Made by a program: the position numbers and the translations under genes
Part shown: one piece after another, positions 7,312 to 14,245 of the stretch
How positions within the stretch are numbered: position 1 is the first letter of the stretch
How the letters are laid out: every line of letters starts with the position of its first letter
From: Crocosphaera sp.
GTDB taxonomy: Bacteria; Cyanobacteriota; Cyanobacteriia; Cyanobacteriales; Microcystaceae
Direction: 5' to 3'
Length of the DNA stretch: 14,245 nt
NCBI GenBank assembly: GCA_030066295.1
Contig: JASJBX010000072.1
Span: forward strand, 1 to 14,245
Notes under the pieces: generated by a model
The model's database searches: none
What the model saw: the letters and a program-made list of their open reading frames with translations, nothing else
Told to the model about the DNA's origin: nothing

Positions 7312-7808
7312 TGGATGATGTTCAGAAACTTTTGAATAGATATCGAAATAAAGGCATTGTAATTGATACCAATATTTTATTACTTTTGATTGTAGGAACT
7401 GCCAATCGCAAACGAATTTCTCAATTTAAACGAACTCAACAATTTCTTCCTGAAGATTATGATTTATTAATTAAACTTATTAATCTATTTCCTAAAATAA
7501 TCATCACCCCTAATATTTTAACTGAAGTCAATAGCTTAACCAATCAAATAGGTGAACCAGAACGCTCAAAATGCTTCGCTATATTTGCTCAATTAATTTC
7601 TGAAATAGAGGAAATTGCTTTATCTAGTCAAGAGATTGTTAAAAATAATGGATTTATCAAATTTGGGTTAACTGACTGTGGAATTCTAGAACTATCTCAG
7701 AATCAATATTTAGTTCTAACCGATGATTTTAAATTATTTAATTATCTACAAAAATTAGGGATTGATTCAATTAATTTTAATTATCTTCGAGTTTATTTAT
7801 GGCAGTAA
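7311..7808 (+). CDS. PIN-domain protein (VapC-like putative ribonuclease toxin)
   Basis: The four acidic PIN positions occur in typical contexts: VIDTNILL (D19), TPNILTEV (E72), GLTDCGIL (D122) and LVLTDDFKLF (D138/139). It is 165 aa and translationally coupled to the 94-aa ORF upstream. Confidence 0.7.
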   Translation: MDDVQKLLNRYRNKGIVIDTNILLLLIVGTANRKRISQFKRTQQFLPEDYDLLIKLINLFPKIIITPNILTEVNSLTNQIGEPERSKCFAIFAQLISEIEEIALSSQEIVKNNGFIKFGLTDCGILELSQNQYLVLTDDFKLFNYLQKLGIDSINFNYLRVYLWQ

Positions 7809-7874
7809 TAAAAAATCTTTTTAAGTTTATATAAATCAAGTAATTATAAGTGACGAAAATTTCGATACATTACT

Positions 7875-7989
7875 GCGATCGCCTATCTTGTAGGTTGGGT
7901 TGAAGGATGAAACCCAACAATTTTATCTCTGTTTGATGTCTTTTAATGATTGATAAAATAGAATAGAATAGAAGAAAATTAAATCATTA
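7875..7989 (+). repeat. Cassette-boundary repeat copy D (HIP1 flank + hairpin + leader)
   Basis: The sequence is GCGATCGC-CTATCTTGTAG-GTTGGGTT(7894-7901)-gaaggatga-AACCCAAC(7911-7918)-AATTTTATCTCTGTTTGATGTCTTTTAATGATTGATAAAATAGAATAGAATAGAAGAAAATTAAATCATTA. The AATAG pentamer is expanded to three copies compared with copies A and C. It contains a -10-like TAAAAT at 7954-7959. Confidence 0.9.
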
Positions 7990-8062
7990 CCAGAAAGACA
8001 ACTAATTCGTATCCGAGTTAATCGGTTTACTTTTGATTTTAACAGTTATTAAAGAGAGAATT

Positions 8063-8248
8063 ATGATGAAATTAGATGATTCAGAATCAATTCAAGCTTA
8101 TCGTAATCGCGTCATGATTTACGCCAACGATCTTTGGTAAGAAAAAGATCCTCAAAAACGAGTGACTTTATCTATGTATTTAGCAGATGCTGCCACTACT
8201 TTAGCGCGACTAGAAGCAGAAGAAGCTAACAAAAATATTGTTGTTTAA
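8063..8248 (+). pseudogene. Small ORF interrupted by an in-frame TAA (cassette 4)
   Basis: The translation is ATG ATG ... TGG TAA(8138-8140) GAA ... GTT TAA(8246-8248), giving MMKLDDSESIQAYRNRVMIYANDLW*EKDPQKRVTLSMYLADAATTLARLEAEEANKNIVV*. A single frame of 61 codons is broken once. AAGAGAGA lies upstream of the ATG. The ORF ends 2 nt before repeat copy E. Confidence 0.5.
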
Positions 8249-8250
8249 GT

Positions 8251-8295
8251 GATCGCTGATCTTATAGGTTGAGATAAATATTTATCTTTGTTTGT
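8251..8295 (+). repeat. Degenerate terminal repeat copy E (hairpin core deleted)
   Basis: The sequence is GATCGC-TGATCTTATAGGTTGAG...ATTTATCTTTGTTTG. It keeps the left flank (9 of 12 matches after GATCGC) and the block that follows the hairpin (14 of 15 matches to TTTTATCTTTGTTTG). About 24 nt that would form the stem-loop are missing. Confidence 0.7.
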
Positions 8296-8356
8296 ATCTT
8301 TATAAATTCACCCTATCATCATACAATTAATATTTGATAGGTTATGATGCTCTAAT

Positions 8357-8689
8357 ATGATCGAATTGACACCCGCAGCCATCAAAGAAATAAAACGAAT
8401 GCAAAATAGTCGTCAACAACCTGACAGTTACTTTCGCTTAAGTGTGAAACCAGGGGGTTGTGATGGACTGTATTATACTTTCGATTTATGTGATACAAAA
8501 GAAAATAGCGATCGCTTGCACACCATTGACGACATTTCTTTGCTGATCGATGAACCAAGTTTAAAGTATTTATCAGACTTGCGCTTAGACTACGCAGAAG
8601 ACTTAATGGGAGGAGGGTTTCGCTTCCATAACCCCCTCATTACCACCTCCTGTCGTTGCGGTTTATCCTTCACCATTAAAGAAACTTAA
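8357..8689 (+). CDS. HesB/IscA-family iron-sulfur cluster assembly accessory protein
   Basis: 110 aa. ELTPAAIKEIKRM, RLSVKPGGCDGLYYTFDL, IDEPSLKYL and the C-terminal SCRCGLSF give the three-cysteine IscA/HesB pattern. Confidence 0.85.
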   Translation: MIELTPAAIKEIKRMQNSRQQPDSYFRLSVKPGGCDGLYYTFDLCDTKENSDRLHTIDDISLLIDEPSLKYLSDLRLDYAEDLMGGGFRFHNPLITTSCRCGLSFTIKET

Positions 8690-8701
8690 AGCTTATGGGA
8701 A

Positions 8702-8737
8702 TTGACATTGACAGAGCTTAGTATATATTGGTATGAT
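8702..8737 (+). promoter_or_regulatory. Candidate sigma70-type promoter(s) of the str operon
   Basis: TTGACA is duplicated in tandem (8702-8707 and 8708-8713). The pairings are TTGACA-N16-TATATT (8724-8729) and TTGACA-N18-TATGAT (8732-8737). The site lies about 60-95 nt upstream of the rpsL ATG. Confidence 0.5.
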
Positions 8738-8798
8738 GGCAATTTGTCAGCGATTTTATTAAACTAGAAGTCCTGAGCGTCTTGTTATACGTGAAATT

Positions 8799-9173
8799 AT
8801 GCCAACTATTCAACAACTAATCAGGAGTGAACGCTCCAAAGCCAAAAAGAAAACAAAATCCCCTGCCCTCAAGCAGTGTCCCCAACGTCGCGGTGTATGC
8901 ACTAGAGTATATACTACCACCCCCAAAAAACCCAACTCAGCCCTGAGAAAAGTGGCGCGGGTTCGTTTAACATCAGGGTTTGAAGTAACCGCTTATATCC
9001 CTGGTATTGGCCATAACCTACAAGAACACTCAGTGGTCTTAATTCGCGGAGGAAGGGTAAAAGATTTACCTGGAGTGCGGTATCATATTATTCGGGGAAC
9101 CCTAGACGCTCAAGGGGTAAAAGACCGTAAGCAAGGACGTTCTAAGTATGGAACGAAACGTCCTAAAGAGTAA
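8799..9173 (+). CDS. rpsL: 30S ribosomal protein S12
   Basis: Near-invariant S12 sequence ([78 protein letters not shown]). Confidence 0.98.
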   Translation: MPTIQQLIRSERSKAKKKTKSPALKQCPQRRGVCTRVYTTTPKKPNSALRKVARVRLTSGFEVTAYIPGIGHNLQEHSVVLIRGGRVKDLPGVRYHIIRGTLDAQGVKDRKQGRSKYGTKRPKE

Positions 9174-9283
9174 AATAAACACTCTTTAAATCAGCCATAT
9201 TGAACCTTGAAAACCACAAACAATCTTAGATTGTTTGATAAAGAAAATTGTAATGTCAACTTAGTTCAAAGGAACAAACTACC

Positions 9284-9754
9284 ATGTCTCGCCGAGGAAA
9301 CATCAAAAGAAAGCCCGTTCCCCCCGATCCAATTTATAATAGTTGCTTATTAAACATGACCATCCGTCGAGTCATGAAAAGCGGTAAAAAATCTCTGGCC
9401 GCCGGCATTGTCTACGATGCCATGAATATGATCAAAGAGCGGACTGGAGAAGAACCCTTAGACGTATTTGAAAAAGCCATTAAAAACTTAACCCCCTTAG
9501 TAGAAGTTAAGGCGAGACGGGTAGGAGGGGCCACCTATCAAGTCCCCATGGAAGTCCGCCCCTCCAGAGGAACCACCTTGGCCTTACGCTGGTTAATCCG
9601 CTATTCTCGCATCAGAGGCGGCCGCACCATGGCCAGTAAACTCGCCAACGAAATCATGGACGCAGCCAACGAAACCGGGGCAGCTATGAAAAAACGGGAC
9701 GAAACCCACCGTATGGCAGACGCAAACAAAGCCTTTGCTCATTACCGTTACTAA
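9284..9754 (+). CDS. rpsG: 30S ribosomal protein S7
   Basis: 156 aa with S7 motifs ([29 protein letters not shown]...[20 protein letters not shown]). Confidence 0.97.
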   Translation: MSRRGNIKRKPVPPDPIYNSCLLNMTIRRVMKSGKKSLAAGIVYDAMNMIKERTGEEPLDVFEKAIKNLTPLVEVKARRVGGATYQVPMEVRPSRGTTLALRWLIRYSRIRGGRTMASKLANEIMDAANETGAAMKKRDETHRMADANKAFAHYRY

Positions 9755-9885
9755 ATTTTAGCCATAATTCCCAGATTCTTGCTCATCTAAGGTAAATTTT
9801 TCCGAAGAAAAGCATAGAATTGTAAATAGTGTAAACTTATAAACGGCCTCAACTTAAAGACAAGGCAAAGCATAAGGAGGTAGCT

Positions 9886-11979
9886 GTGGCAAGAAATATC
9901 CCCCTAGAGAGGGTGCGAAACATAGGCATTGCTGCCCACATCGACGCGGGCAAAACAACGACCACAGAGCGCATTCTCTTCTATACCGGAATCGCATACA
10001 AACTCGGTGAAGTCCACGAAGGGACAGCCACCATGGACTGGATGGCCCAAGAACAAGAACGGGGCATCACCATTACAGCAGCAGCCATTAGTACCAATTG
10101 GCTCGATCACCGCATCAACATCATTGACACCCCAGGTCACGTCGACTTCACCATCGAAGTTGAACGGTCTATGCGTGTGTTAGACGGTGTGATCGCTGTA
10201 TTTTGTTCCGTGGGAGGAGTTCAGCCCCAGTCAGAAACGGTATGGCGACAGGCCAACCGTTATCACGTGCCTCGCATTGCCTTTGTCAACAAAATGGATC
10301 GAACCGGAGCCAATTTCTTTAAAGTTTACCAACAAATCCGCGATCGCCTCAAAGCCAATGCGGTTCCCATTCAGATCCCCATTGGCACAGAAAGTGAATT
10401 TCGGGGCATTGTCGATCTAGTGAGGATGCGGGCAAAAATTTATCAAGATGATTTAGGCAAAAACATCGAAGATACAGAAATTCCCGCCGAATATCTAGAA
10501 CAAGCCCAAGAATACCGCGCTAAACTCGTCGAAGCCGTAGCAGAAATCGATGAAACCCTCTTAGAGAAATATCTCGAAGGGGAAGAACTGACAGAAGCAG
10601 AAATTAAACAGGGGTTGAGAAAAGGGACCCTAGATAAGACCATTATCCCCATGTTGTGCGGTTCCGCCTTCAAGAATAAAGGGGTGCAACTGTTACTCGA
10701 TGCAGTGGTGGACTATTTACCCTCTCCCCTGGATGTTCCCCCCATCACAGGGTTATTAAAAGACGGTACAGAAGACAGCCGCAAAGCAGACGATGAAGAA
10801 CCCTTTTCTGCCTTGGCCTTTAAAATTGCTTCAGATCCCTATGGACGTTTAACCTTTATGCGGGTGTACTCAGGGGTCTTAGAAAAAGGCAACTATATTT
10901 ACAACGCCACCAAAGAGCAGAAAGAGCGCATTTCTCGCTTAATCGTGCTGAAATCCAACGATCGCATCGAAGTAGACGAACTGAGAGCCGGAGACTTAGG
11001 GGCAGCCATCGGTTTACGGAATACCATTACTGGGGATACCCTGTGCGACGAGAAACACCCCATTCTCCTCGAATCCTTGTACATTCCAGAACCGGTGATC
11101 TCCGTAGCCGTCGAACCCAAAACCAAGCAAGACATGGAAAAACTCTCCAAAGCCTTGCAAGCCCTATCCGACGAAGATCCCACCTTCAAAGTGAGTGTTG
11201 ATCCCGAAACCAACCAAACCGTGATCGCAGGAATGGGAGAACTCCACCTAGAAATTTTGGTGGATCGGATGTTGCGAGAATTTAAAGTCGAAGCCAGCGT
11301 CGGTCAACCCCAAGTCGCCTACCGAGAAACCATCCGTAAACCGAGCCAAGCCGAGGGCAAATACATTCGTCAAAGCGGTGGCAAAGGTCAATACGGTCAT
11401 GTGGTCGTCGACCTCGAACCCGCCGAAGCCGGCAGTGGCTTTGAGTTCGTCTCCAAAATTGTTGGGGGAGCCATACCCAAAGAATTTATTTCGCCAGCCG
11501 AACAAGGCATGAAAGAAGCCTGTGACTCAGGTATTATTGCCGGTTATCCCCTCATCGATGTTAAAGTCACCTTAGTGGATGGTTCGTTCCATGACGTTGA
11601 CTCCTCAGAGATGGCTTTTAAAATTGCTGGCTCCATGGCCATTCGCAACGCGGTCAAAAAGGCCGCTCCCGTTCTCCTCGAACCCATGATGAAAGTGGAA
11701 GTCGAAGTCCCAGAAGACTTCTTAGGAGATGTGATCGGGGACCTCAACGCCCGTCGGGGGAACATTGAGGGGATGAACAGCGAAGACGGACTTGCCAAAA
11801 TTTCTGCTAACGTTCCACTCGCAGAAATGTTTGGTTACGCGACCGATATCCGGTCAAAAACCCAAGGACGGGGAATCTTCTCGATGGAATTTAGCCATTA
11901 CGCAGAGGTCCCCCAAAATGTCGCCGAAGCGATCGTCCTAAAAAACACAGGGAACGCCTACATCTACGACAGTGAATGA
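9886..11979 (+). CDS. fusA: Translation elongation factor G
   Basis: GTG start preceded by AAGGAGG. Motifs include the G domain ([32 protein letters not shown]) and EF-G domain IV/V sequences. 697 aa. Confidence 0.98.
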   Translation: MARNIPLERVRNIGIAAHIDAGKTTTTERILFYTGIAYKLGEVHEGTATMDWMAQEQERGITITAAAISTNWLDHRINIIDTPGHVDFTIEVERSMRVLDGVIAVFCSVGGVQPQSETVWRQANRYHVPRIAFVNKMDRTGANFFKVYQQIRDRLKANAVPIQIPIGTESEFRGIVDLVRMRAKIYQDDLGKNIEDTEIPAEYLEQAQEYRAKLVEAVAEIDETLLEKYLEGEELTEAEIKQGLRKGTLDKTIIPMLCGSAFKNKGVQLLLDAVVDYLPSPLDVPPITGLLKDGTEDSRKADDEEPFSALAFKIASDPYGRLTFMRVYSGVLEKGNYIYNATKEQKERISRLIVLKSNDRIEVDELRAGDLGAAIGLRNTITGDTLCDEKHPILLESLYIPEPVISVAVEPKTKQDMEKLSKALQALSDEDPTFKVSVDPETNQTVIAGMGELHLEILVDRMLREFKVEASVGQPQVAYRETIRKPSQAEGKYIRQSGGKGQYGHVVVDLEPAEAGSGFEFVSKIVGGAIPKEFISPAEQGMKEACDSGIIAGYPLIDVKVTLVDGSFHDVDSSEMAFKIAGSMAIRNAVKKAAPVLLEPMMKVEVEVPEDFLGDVIGDLNARRGNIEGMNSEDGLAKISANVPLAEMFGYATDIRSKTQGRGIFSMEFSHYAEVPQNVAEAIVLKNTGNAYIYDSE

Positions 11980-12101
11980 TTAATTATTTAGAAATCAGTG
12001 CATAGTTAACCATTGATAGTGGATAATAGACTATGGGTCACTGGTGACGAAAAAACATCACTGCTTAGAATAAAGAAGACAAAAAAAGGAACAATTAATT
12101 C

Positions 12102-13331
12102 ATGGCACGCGCAAAATTTGAACGGACTAAACCTCACGTTAACATCGGTACTATCGGTCACGTTGACCATGGTAAAACAACCCTAACGGCTGCTATTACC
12201 ATGACCTTAGCAGCAGCAGGTCAAGCAAAAGCTCGTAACTACGAGGACATTGACGCTGCTCCCGAAGAAAAAGCACGGGGCATCACCATCAATACCGCTC
12301 ACGTTGAATACGAAACCACTAACCGTCACTACGCTCACGTGGACTGTCCTGGACACGCTGACTATGTGAAAAACATGATCACCGGAGCAGCACAAATGGA
12401 CGGTGGGATCTTAGTGGTATCTGCTGCTGATGGCCCCATGCCCCAAACCCGTGAACATATCCTCTTAGCTAAACAGGTAGGGGTTCCGAGTCTGGTGGTT
12501 TTCTTGAATAAAGAAGACCAAGTGGATGACGAAGAACTCTTAGAATTAGTTGAACTCGAAGTTCGGGAACTCCTCAGCGAGTATGATTTTCCTGGAGATG
12601 ATATTCCCATCGTCACTGGATCTGCTTTAATGGCCGTAGAAGCTCTTAAAGAAAATGACAAATTGGGTCCTGGAGACAACGAATGGACCGATAAAATCCT
12701 CAAACTCATGGAAGAAGTGGATGCGAATATTCCCGAACCCGAACGGGAAATCGATAAGCCCTTCTTAATGGCAGTGGAAGACGTATTCTCCATCTCTGGT
12801 CGGGGTACAGTTGCCACCGGACGGATCGAACGGGGTAAGGTTAAAGTGGGTGAAACCATCGAGATCGTTGGTATCAGAGACACCCAAACTACCACCGTAA
12901 CCGGGGTAGAAATGTTCCAGAAAACCCTCGATGAAGGAATGGCAGGGGACAACGTTGGTTTACTGCTACGGGGGATCAAAAAAGAAGATATTGAACGGGG
13001 AATGGTAATTGCTAAGCCCGGTTCTATCACCCCTCATACCCAGTTTGAAGGAGAAGTTTACGTTCTCACCAAAGAAGAAGGGGGTCGTCATACTCCTTTC
13101 TTCAAAAACTATCGTCCTCAGTTCTATGTAAGAACCACCGACGTAACCGGCACCATCCAAGACTACACTGCTGATGATGGTAGCGCAGTAGAAATGGTTA
13201 TGCCTGGCGATCGCATTAAAATGACTGTAGAGTTGATTAACGCGATTGCTATTGAACAAGGAATGCGTTTTGCTATCCGTGAAGGTGGCCGCACCATCGG
13301 TGCTGGTGTTGTTTCTAAGATCATTAAGTAG
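12102..13331 (+). CDS. tuf: Translation elongation factor Tu
   Basis: 409 aa with canonical EF-Tu sequence ([53 protein letters not shown]). Confidence 0.98.
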   Translation: MARAKFERTKPHVNIGTIGHVDHGKTTLTAAITMTLAAAGQAKARNYEDIDAAPEEKARGITINTAHVEYETTNRHYAHVDCPGHADYVKNMITGAAQMDGGILVVSAADGPMPQTREHILLAKQVGVPSLVVFLNKEDQVDDEELLELVELEVRELLSEYDFPGDDIPIVTGSALMAVEALKENDKLGPGDNEWTDKILKLMEEVDANIPEPEREIDKPFLMAVEDVFSISGRGTVATGRIERGKVKVGETIEIVGIRDTQTTTVTGVEMFQKTLDEGMAGDNVGLLLRGIKKEDIERGMVIAKPGSITPHTQFEGEVYVLTKEEGGRHTPFFKNYRPQFYVRTTDVTGTIQDYTADDGSAVEMVMPGDRIKMTVELINAIAIEQGMRFAIREGGRTIGAGVVSKIIK

Positions 13332-13349
13332 GACAACCTAACACTCAAC

Positions 13350-13384
13350 AAGTGACCAGTTAAATTTACCTTAACTGGTCACTT
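13350..13384 (+). other. Perfect 14-bp stem-loop in the tuf-rpsJ spacer (possible attenuator or RNA-stability element)
   Basis: AAGTGACCAGTTAA (13350-13363) and TTAACTGGTCACTT (13371-13384) enclose a 7-nt loop. The stem is followed by AACTTTCTC, so there is no clear U-tract. Confidence 0.5.
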
Positions 13385-13439
13385 AACTTTCTCAAAATAT
13401 CCATTGCTGTAAATTTCTGAACCTTGACAATTAAACATT

Positions 13440-13757
13440 ATGGCTACTTTAGCACAACAAAAAATCCGCATCCGTTTAAAAGCTTTTGACCGTCGTTTAT
13501 TAGATACCTCTTGTGAGAAGATTGTTGATACCGCTAACCGTACGGACGCAACCGCGATCGGACCGATTCCTTTACCCACCAAAAGACGAATCTATTGTGT
13601 TCTGCGATCGCCTCACGTTGATAAGGACTCACGGGAACACTTTGAAACCAGAACCCATAGACGCATTATTGATATTTATCAGCCTTCTTCTAAAACCATT
13701 GATGCTTTGATGAAATTAGATTTACCTGCGGGCGTGGAAATCGAAGTTAAACTATAG
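13440..13757 (+). CDS. rpsJ: 30S ribosomal protein S10
   Basis: 105 aa with S10 motifs ([10 protein letters not shown]...[10 protein letters not shown]...[24 protein letters not shown]). Confidence 0.97.
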   Translation: MATLAQQKIRIRLKAFDRRLLDTSCEKIVDTANRTDATAIGPIPLPTKRRIYCVLRSPHVDKDSREHFETRTHRRIIDIYQPSSKTIDALMKLDLPAGVEIEVKL

Positions 13758-13770
13758 GTTGAATGAATTG

Positions 13771-13802
13771 CGCCTACTCCCTACGCTGAAGTAGGCGTTT
13801 CT
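13771..13802 (+). terminator. Rho-independent terminator after rpsJ
   Basis: The GC-rich stem CGCCTACT (13771-13778) and AGTAGGCG (13790-13797) is followed by TTTCT. Confidence 0.7.
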
Positions 13803-13817
13803 GATGTAACTTATATC

Positions 13818-14245
13818 TTACTCTTGAGCTTTACCTAATTTACGTTTAAAACCTGTTCCAAAAGCGATCGCTGTTCCTGCTCCGAGGATAGTTAGAGGTT
13901 CTGGAACTGCGCTTACTTCTTTTTGAGTAAAAGTTAAATTCGTTAGCTCTGCACGAGCATTTGCTGTATAAGTTGAATCTCCAAACACAATAGTATTCAT
14001 GGTTTCTGCACGTCCAAAACTAAGTGTATTGAAATCTCTAATAAAAGTATCATTAATATATAAATCTGAATAAGTTTTGTTCCATCCACAGAAAAAGCAC
14101 TCCTAGAACTATTACTTTCTCTTATCCATCCCTGTTGATTGGGTAAACTATCAAAATTTAAGGAGATAGTAGCGGCTTTTACTTCTGAAAATATAGAAAA
14201 GCTTAACCCTATAGTTAGAAGACTACCCAGTAAATAGTTTTTCAC
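13818..14245 (-). pseudogene. PEP-CTERM-anchored secreted protein, split by a frameshift (or sequencing error); the start is at or beyond the window edge
   Basis: The upstream ORF (14245-13997) begins with GTG and a signal peptide (MKNYLLGSLLTIGLSFSIFSEVKA/ATISLNF). The downstream ORF (14000-13818) ends with a PEP-CTERM sorting signal (VPEPLTILGAGTAIAFGTGFKRKLGK). The second frame reads plausibly upstream of its ATG (WNKTYSDLYINDTFIRDFNTLSFGRAETMNTIVFGD) as far as a TAG at 14103-14105. A -1/+1 shift is therefore required somewhere between 13997 and 14102, probably near the homopolymer runs at 14075-14078 or 14092-14096. Confidence 0.6.

Noticed and set aside
5783-7918. Canonical integron attC sites, because GTTGGGT fits GTTRRRY and ACCCAAC fits RYYYAAC
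   Set aside because: The order is inverted relative to attC (here 5'-GTTRRRY...RYYYAAC-3', whereas attC is 5'-RYYYAAC...GTTRRRY-3'). The element is only 25 nt with a perfect stem, so it lacks the L boxes and extrahelical bases. No intI or attI is in the window. The resemblance is analogous at best.
7954-7975. (AATAG)x3 pentamer expansion within repeat copy D
   Set aside because: This is a real difference from copies A and C, but it is most simply replication slippage. It is noted under the repeat feature rather than reported as an independent finding.
5764-7989. MITE with terminal inverted repeats
   Set aside because: No inverted copy of the left end (CTATCTTGTAGG) was found at the right end of any unit, and no obvious target-site duplication is present. 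The units are direct repeats with variable right-hand extents.
5764-8295. CRISPR array interpretation of the five direct repeats
   Set aside because: The spacing is irregular and far too long (about 320-1100 bp). The intervals contain ORFs with start codons and Shine-Dalgarno sequences. The repeat unit extends to about 110-170 bp with a conserved leader. No cas genes are present.
9904-13351. Multiple antisense or out-of-frame ORFs inside fusA and tuf (9904-10140, 9929-10183, 10443-10673, 10899-11213, 11248-11505, 11544-11798, 12207-12395, 12362-13030, 12966-13259, 13163-13351)
   Set aside because: These are shadow ORFs inside highly conserved, codon-biased genes. The translations are low-complexity (rich in S, P, R and T) and show no recognisable motifs.
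13379-13710. ORFs 13379-13582 (-) and 13513-13710 (+) overlapping rpsJ
   Set aside because: Both overlap the unmistakable S10 reading frame, so they are off-frame or antisense artefacts.

Overview
The window is a cyanobacterial chromosome segment. Evidence: several HIP1 GCGATCGC octamers (e.g. 2946-2953, 5091-5098, 7875-7882, 8508-8515), the gene order rpsL-rpsG-fusA-tuf-rpsJ, and a PEP-CTERM protein. All identifications come from reading motifs and recalling families; no search was run.

Left part (1-3614): a tightly packed + strand operon encodes an MscS-family channel (5'-partial, running off the window), a DUF952 protein and a NupC-type nucleoside transporter. A stand-alone phosphomannose-isomerase-type cupin gene and a perfect 14-bp terminator hairpin follow.

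Middle part (about 3.6-8.35 kb): a visibly AT-richer accessory island. It starts with a minus-strand GmrSD-like (DUF262 + DUF1524) type IV restriction nuclease. Four small + strand gene cassettes follow, each bounded by a copy of a conserved repeat. The repeat consists of a GATCGC-CTATCTTGTAG flank, an 8-bp-stem hairpin GTTGGGTT-gaaggatga-AACCCAAC and a conserved AT-rich leader. Five copies are present and the last is degenerate. Cassette contents:
- an orphan antitoxin-like gene whose stop codon lies inside the repeat
- an unknown two-gene helical pair with an ATGA overlap
- a PIN-domain gene coupled to an unusual 94-aa partner
- a small ORF broken by a nonsense codon

This repeat-delimited cassette array is the most interesting object in the window. 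No recombinase gene is visible.

Right part (8357-14245): a HesB/IscA Fe-S protein, the str operon (S12, S7, EF-G, EF-Tu, S10) with a strong candidate promoter and terminator, and a frameshifted PEP-CTERM protein gene on the minus strand at the window edge.
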